DNA of 63,696 bases, the filler included, from Craspedostauros australis (lineage: Eukaryota), in NCBI GenBank assembly GCA_030167865.1. It is 7 parts of 7 records of this genome, joined end to end, with 100 filler letters (N's around TTAATTAATTAA, not from the genome) between each part and the next. Parts side by side here need not be neighbours in the genome. Positions count along the whole stretch, not along the records: positions 55,673 to 61,594 come from JALAGF010002647.1; positions 61,695 to 63,696 come from JALAGF010002648.1; 5 more parts are not named here. One strand, given 5' to 3'. Positions 60,359 through 63,696 of the stretch are shown piece by piece. Numbering within the stretch: the stretch's first letter is position 1; every line of letters starts with the position of its first letter. The notes under the pieces were generated by a model. That model was not told the origin of the DNA. It made no database searches and worked only from the letters and a program-made list of their open reading frames with translations. A program made the position numbers and the translations under genes.

Positions 60359-61230
60359 GAGTAAATCAGTATGTAGACAAACAAGCGACTGATGCAAGAG
60401 CATTGCCGTCAACGTCCGACGCGACATGGGCAGATGTCTGCGGGTCGCAGGCGGTGCCTCCCTCACCACAGCCGCGCTGACGCACGGAATGCCATGACTG
60501 GAATGGAACACCCATGCAATGATGGAAGCCTCCAGCTGCTCTGCCCCCATGCGTTGATGGGAGCGCATTGTATGAGCCCGAGCACTATACAGCAAGAGAC
60601 ACAGCAGCTACGGTTTGTAATCTTTAGACTGATGCATTGGTTATCGTCCAAGAGGCAAAGAAGAATGGTACAGCTAGGCAGCAAACAAAGGGCAGGACAG
60701 CAACAACACTGAGGATGCGCCACCACAATAATGATGGTCTAACATACCAAGAGTAACAGATAGAGAGAGTGAAACAAAAGCTTTGATTTCATGCGAAATG
60801 CTCGTACCGTACACGGCAATGCCCGAGCAAGCAAGAACCCGTATGCAACGTGGAATCAATACCGTTGTGTCCGGAGAAGACTTGGTTGAATTGTCCCGTG
60901 TAGTCCTCGAGAACTGATAGGAGCAACCGCATCCGCTTCACTCGAAACCGCCACTTGCTATTGTTGTTCGTATTGACTTAAGCATGTGCGATGCATTACG
61001 TGCTCTCTCAATGCCTCGGTGGTACCCTCGCAGTACGTTTGCGTATTCTATGCGTTCCTTGACAAAGTAACGCGACGTCCACCAACCTGCGGTTGTTGTG
61101 TCTCCTCGCACGGATACCAATAGAGAGAATGCGCCACCAAAGTAGTACCAGAGCACAAGTGCCATATTAGTACGTATGTATGGTATATGGTTTGTAAGTT
61201 GCCGTTGATACTGCAGCAACAGGTGCTCGT

Positions 61231-61392
61231 CTATCGATCCTTCAGGAACGCCTCCGCTCCCTCCTTCTGTGGTGCCTGCAAATCTGGATTCTGGCTGTGT
61301 CCTTTCGGCAACGGAAATCCGTCGACTGCTTCCGAAAAGCGAACAACGAGGTTCTCGGGCGCGACGTCAGCTTCCGGATGTGCCACCATCGC
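61231..61392 (-). CDS. Possible terminal exon of a gene broken by the gap
   Basis: After a CTCCAG acceptor-like site the frame reads AMVAHPEADVAPENLVVRFSEAVDGFPLPKG...FLKDR* with coding-like composition. Upstream sequence is intron-like with a (CA)n tract. Confidence 0.3.
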   Translation of the reverse strand, partial: AMVAHPEADVAPENLVVRFSEAVDGFPLPKGHSQNPDLQAPQKEGAEAFLKDR

Positions 61393-61551
61393 CTGGAGTC
61401 GGGTTGCGCCGAACGAGTACATATGCAACGTGGCATGCGAGCATTGGGATCAGCGCACAATGCAATGAGCAGCGTGGCAGAATGGCGTCGCGTGCAACGG
61501 TGACGATGAAAAGAGATGCGAGAGGAAGCAATGAGGTGAATGTGTACGTAC

Positions 61552-61553
<2 letters not shown>

Positions 61554-61594
<41 letters not shown>
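61554..61594. repeat. (TG)n microsatellite at the scaffold end
   Basis: Directly visible in the sequence. Confidence 0.95.
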
Positions 61595-61694
61595 NNNNNN
61601 NNNNNNNNNNNNNNNNNNNNNNNNNNNNNNNNNNNNNNTTAATTAATTAANNNNNNNNNNNNNNNNNNNNNNNNNNNNNNNNNNNNNNNNNNNN
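61595..61694. other. Artificial scaffold spacer
   Basis: N run with TTAATTAATTAA core. Confidence 0.97.
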
Positions 61695-61724
61695 GATCAC
61701 CTCCACCGAATGTTCACACGTGGC

Positions 61725-63696
61725 CTACGCAATGTCCGTGAGGACGGAGAGCTCATCCTCATCGAGGCCCACAGATCCCTCCACGCCATCTCCGAGCTCT
61801 GATCCGAAGACGAGCACCCCGGCACCTTGCTCGGGGCCGTCTTCCGCATCGATGAAGGCTTCCAACCCTGCGCCCCTTGTGGTGATCGCTCCAGTGAAGG
61901 TGTCGCGGGTGATTCCAAAGAGGTAGTTGCCTTTTCCGTCGTCGGTGAGGCCCTCTGGANGTTTGCGGTTCGGNTCGTTGACATGCTTGAGGAACTTNTT
62001 GCGGCGCTGCATGACGTCGTCCACCTTGATCTTGCAACCCCACGCCTTGTAGTAGTCGACGGCGTGCACGAAGTAGTCACCGACCATGTCCTTGGAACCA
62101 CACTGGAGGTAGTGCTCTCCTGCCAGCTCGTTGACCATGGCAGCATCCTGGATGCATCCGGCTCGGATTGCTGCGAGGATCGCGATGTTGTAGGCATGCT
62201 GGATCCTGGAGTGCCGTTTGTTCTTCATGGTGACAGCGAGGTCCTCGGCTTCGAGGATGAGCACCAGATGGATCCAGGCTCGTCCTCTGGCTTTGGTCAT
62301 CTTCTTCAGNTTCTTGGTTTTCTTGCGCAAGATTGTTAAGTGTTGCTGATTCCCTGTCTCCCTGTATCGTTCCGCATTGATGACGCCCAAGGTGTAAGTT
62401 TCAGTGAGAGCAACTAATGATGATGGATCGCCCATGGCAAGGAAGACGAAGTTGGAGAACAAAGGGTCTGCCATTGCATACCGCCGATGGAAGAGCGCCA
62501 AATACCCTCGACTGTAGAACATCATGCAGTCCTTGAGTGCATTGGATGGGTCGAACTTCTCAACGGTGGGATCGCGACGGGATAAAGCTTCGATTTCGTC
62601 CCAATCGATTGGATCTTCTTTCAACATCACCCTGAATGTGACGCGATAGTTTTCTGACATTCCCTCGAAGGCCCTGAGTTTGAAATTGTCCAGCTGGTTA
62701 AGCGCTCCCTCGTTTGCCTTGTGCACCGACTTCAATTCCAACCCATGCATAAGTCCTTGCATGACGCAGTTTTGGTAATTGAGGATACCAATGCCAAATT
62801 CTCCGACCTCCATCGAGCGGTGATACCCTTTCTTGTGATCCCGCAGGGCATCTTCGAAAGTGGACCTGAACCCGTTGACGTAGCTCGCGGAAGTCAATCG
62901 GAACATGCCTTCCAGATGTCTTCCATCGACCTGCTCGAGGATCAGGTCGCCGATCTTCATACAACGCTGGGCCAGGGCTTGCTCTTTCGTGCCACATAGT
63001 CGAAGTCCATATGTACCGAAGGCGCCTGCCATCTCTGCGCAGATGCCGTGCTTGATGGATGTGCACAGCATCTTGCACGTGTTCAAGATGTTAAAGTCCA
63101 CTTTGTTGATGGCATTGGAGCACATGTTGAAGTCTGCACGAATCATCATGGCAGTGAGCTTCTTCTTATCCGTCATCCATGATCTTGCGAGGATCTTTTC
63201 GTTGGTGTTGTTCTTTAGGAAGTGCTTAACCTTCATCCTGGTCATCATAGTGTGCAGCGAGTACCATCGGCTGGGGAACGCTTTCAACGATTGAAGCAGA
63301 CGCAGCTCCATCTCCATGCAGTCTCTGTGACGATCCTGCCTGGTCAAGGCTCTGGCCATGGAGAAGTGGGTGAGCGCCTTGTCGTCCGGTGATCTGGCTC
63401 TCTCCAGCACCTCGTCGCACAGCTTGTAGCCGACTTCGTAGTTGCCGATCGACAACTCGACGTCGGCGCGTGCCCGATAGACCCGCAGGCAGATGTCGTA
63501 GTGCTCATCACTGTCCCAGATCGATGGGCTGGCAGCGGCTTGGGTACCGGTCGATCCTTTGGTCTTGGAGGAGGTGTTGGGAGATGAGCCAGTTCTCACT
63601 CGCTGCAATGCTTCATGCGCCATTCGCAAGTACCCGGCGGCTGCTTCGAGCGCTGCCATCTCTGTGGCCTTCTCGCCAACCTCCAGATTCATGATG
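61725..63696 (-). CDS. C-terminal TPR-like helical region of a large protein, resembling the tail of AAA_16/STAND-type ATPases expanded in diatoms; 5' part outside the window
   Basis: 655+ aa open to the window edge. Motifs AAGYL..A, W...YDICLRVY...ADVELSIGNY, AYNIAI..A.RAGCIQDAAMVNELAG and A..YYKAWG..IKV. The NTPase domain itself is not visible. Confidence 0.7.
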   Translation of the reverse strand, partial: IMNLEVGEKATEMAALEAAAGYLRMAHEALQRVRTGSSPNTSSKTKGSTGTQAAASPSIWDSDEHYDICLRVYRARADVELSIGNYEVGYKLCDEVLERARSPDDKALTHFSMARALTRQDRHRDCMEMELRLLQSLKAFPSRWYSLHTMMTRMKVKHFLKNNTNEKILARSWMTDKKKLTAMMIRADFNMCSNAINKVDFNILNTCKMLCTSIKHGICAEMAGAFGTYGLRLCGTKEQALAQRCMKIGDLILEQVDGRHLEGMFRLTSASYVNGFRSTFEDALRDHKKGYHRSMEVGEFGIGILNYQNCVMQGLMHGLELKSVHKANEGALNQLDNFKLRAFEGMSENYRVTFRVMLKEDPIDWDEIEALSRRDPTVEKFDPSNALKDCMMFYSRGYLALFHRRYAMADPLFSNFVFLAMGDPSSLVALTETYTLGVINAERYRETGNQQHLTILRKKTKXLKKMTKARGRAWIHLVLILEAEDLAVTMKNKRHSRIQHAYNIAILAAIRAGCIQDAAMVNELAGEHYLQCGSKDMVGDYFVHAVDYYKAWGCKIKVDDVMQRRXKFLKHVNXPNRKXPEGLTDDGKGNYLFGITRDTFTGAITTRGAGLEAFIDAEDGPEQGAGVLVFGSELGDGVEGSVGLDEDELSVLTDIA

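Noticed and set aside
18270..61694. Six recurring TTAATTAATTAA motifs embedded in N runs
   Set aside because: Assembly or concatenation linkers with stops in all six frames; not biological, and gene adjacency across them is meaningless.

Overview
Eukaryotic nuclear DNA, most likely from a diatom. The evidence is GT-AG introns, an ASAF-type bipartite plastid presequence, a diatom-style LRR membrane gene and RNase H-bearing LINEs. The window is not one locus: six 100-nt N spacers with a TTAATTAATTAA core join seven separate scaffolds, so adjacency only means something within a piece. Piece 1 (1-18269) carries an ArsJ-like arsenic-efflux MFS transporter with a Cys-rich insert, MTHFR, a divergent PPPDE-like thiol peptidase, RAD23, ATG12, a PWI/SRRM1-like gene, and TCF25/Rqc1 cut off by an intact-looking LINE. 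Piece 2 has GFA/CENP-V, DnaJ, TRM10-like and unknown genes. Piece 3 is mostly degenerate repeat-like DNA plus a partial His-rich membrane protein. Piece 4 has an LRR gene with one LRR per exon, a piggyBac-like element with a nested insertion, and an FkbM methyltransferase. Piece 5 has a second, degenerate LINE with a nested insertion and an SDR. Piece 6 has an acidic Ser-rich repeat membrane protein and APE1/DUF2854. Piece 7 is the C-terminal part of a helical-repeat protein. The best leads are the modified ArsJ, the hairpin-rich MTHFR intron in an enzyme lacking its SAM-regulatory domain, a 3' terminal motif shared by the two LINEs, the modular LRR exons, and a candidate biosilica-associated protein. 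All family assignments come from motif recognition; no searches were run.
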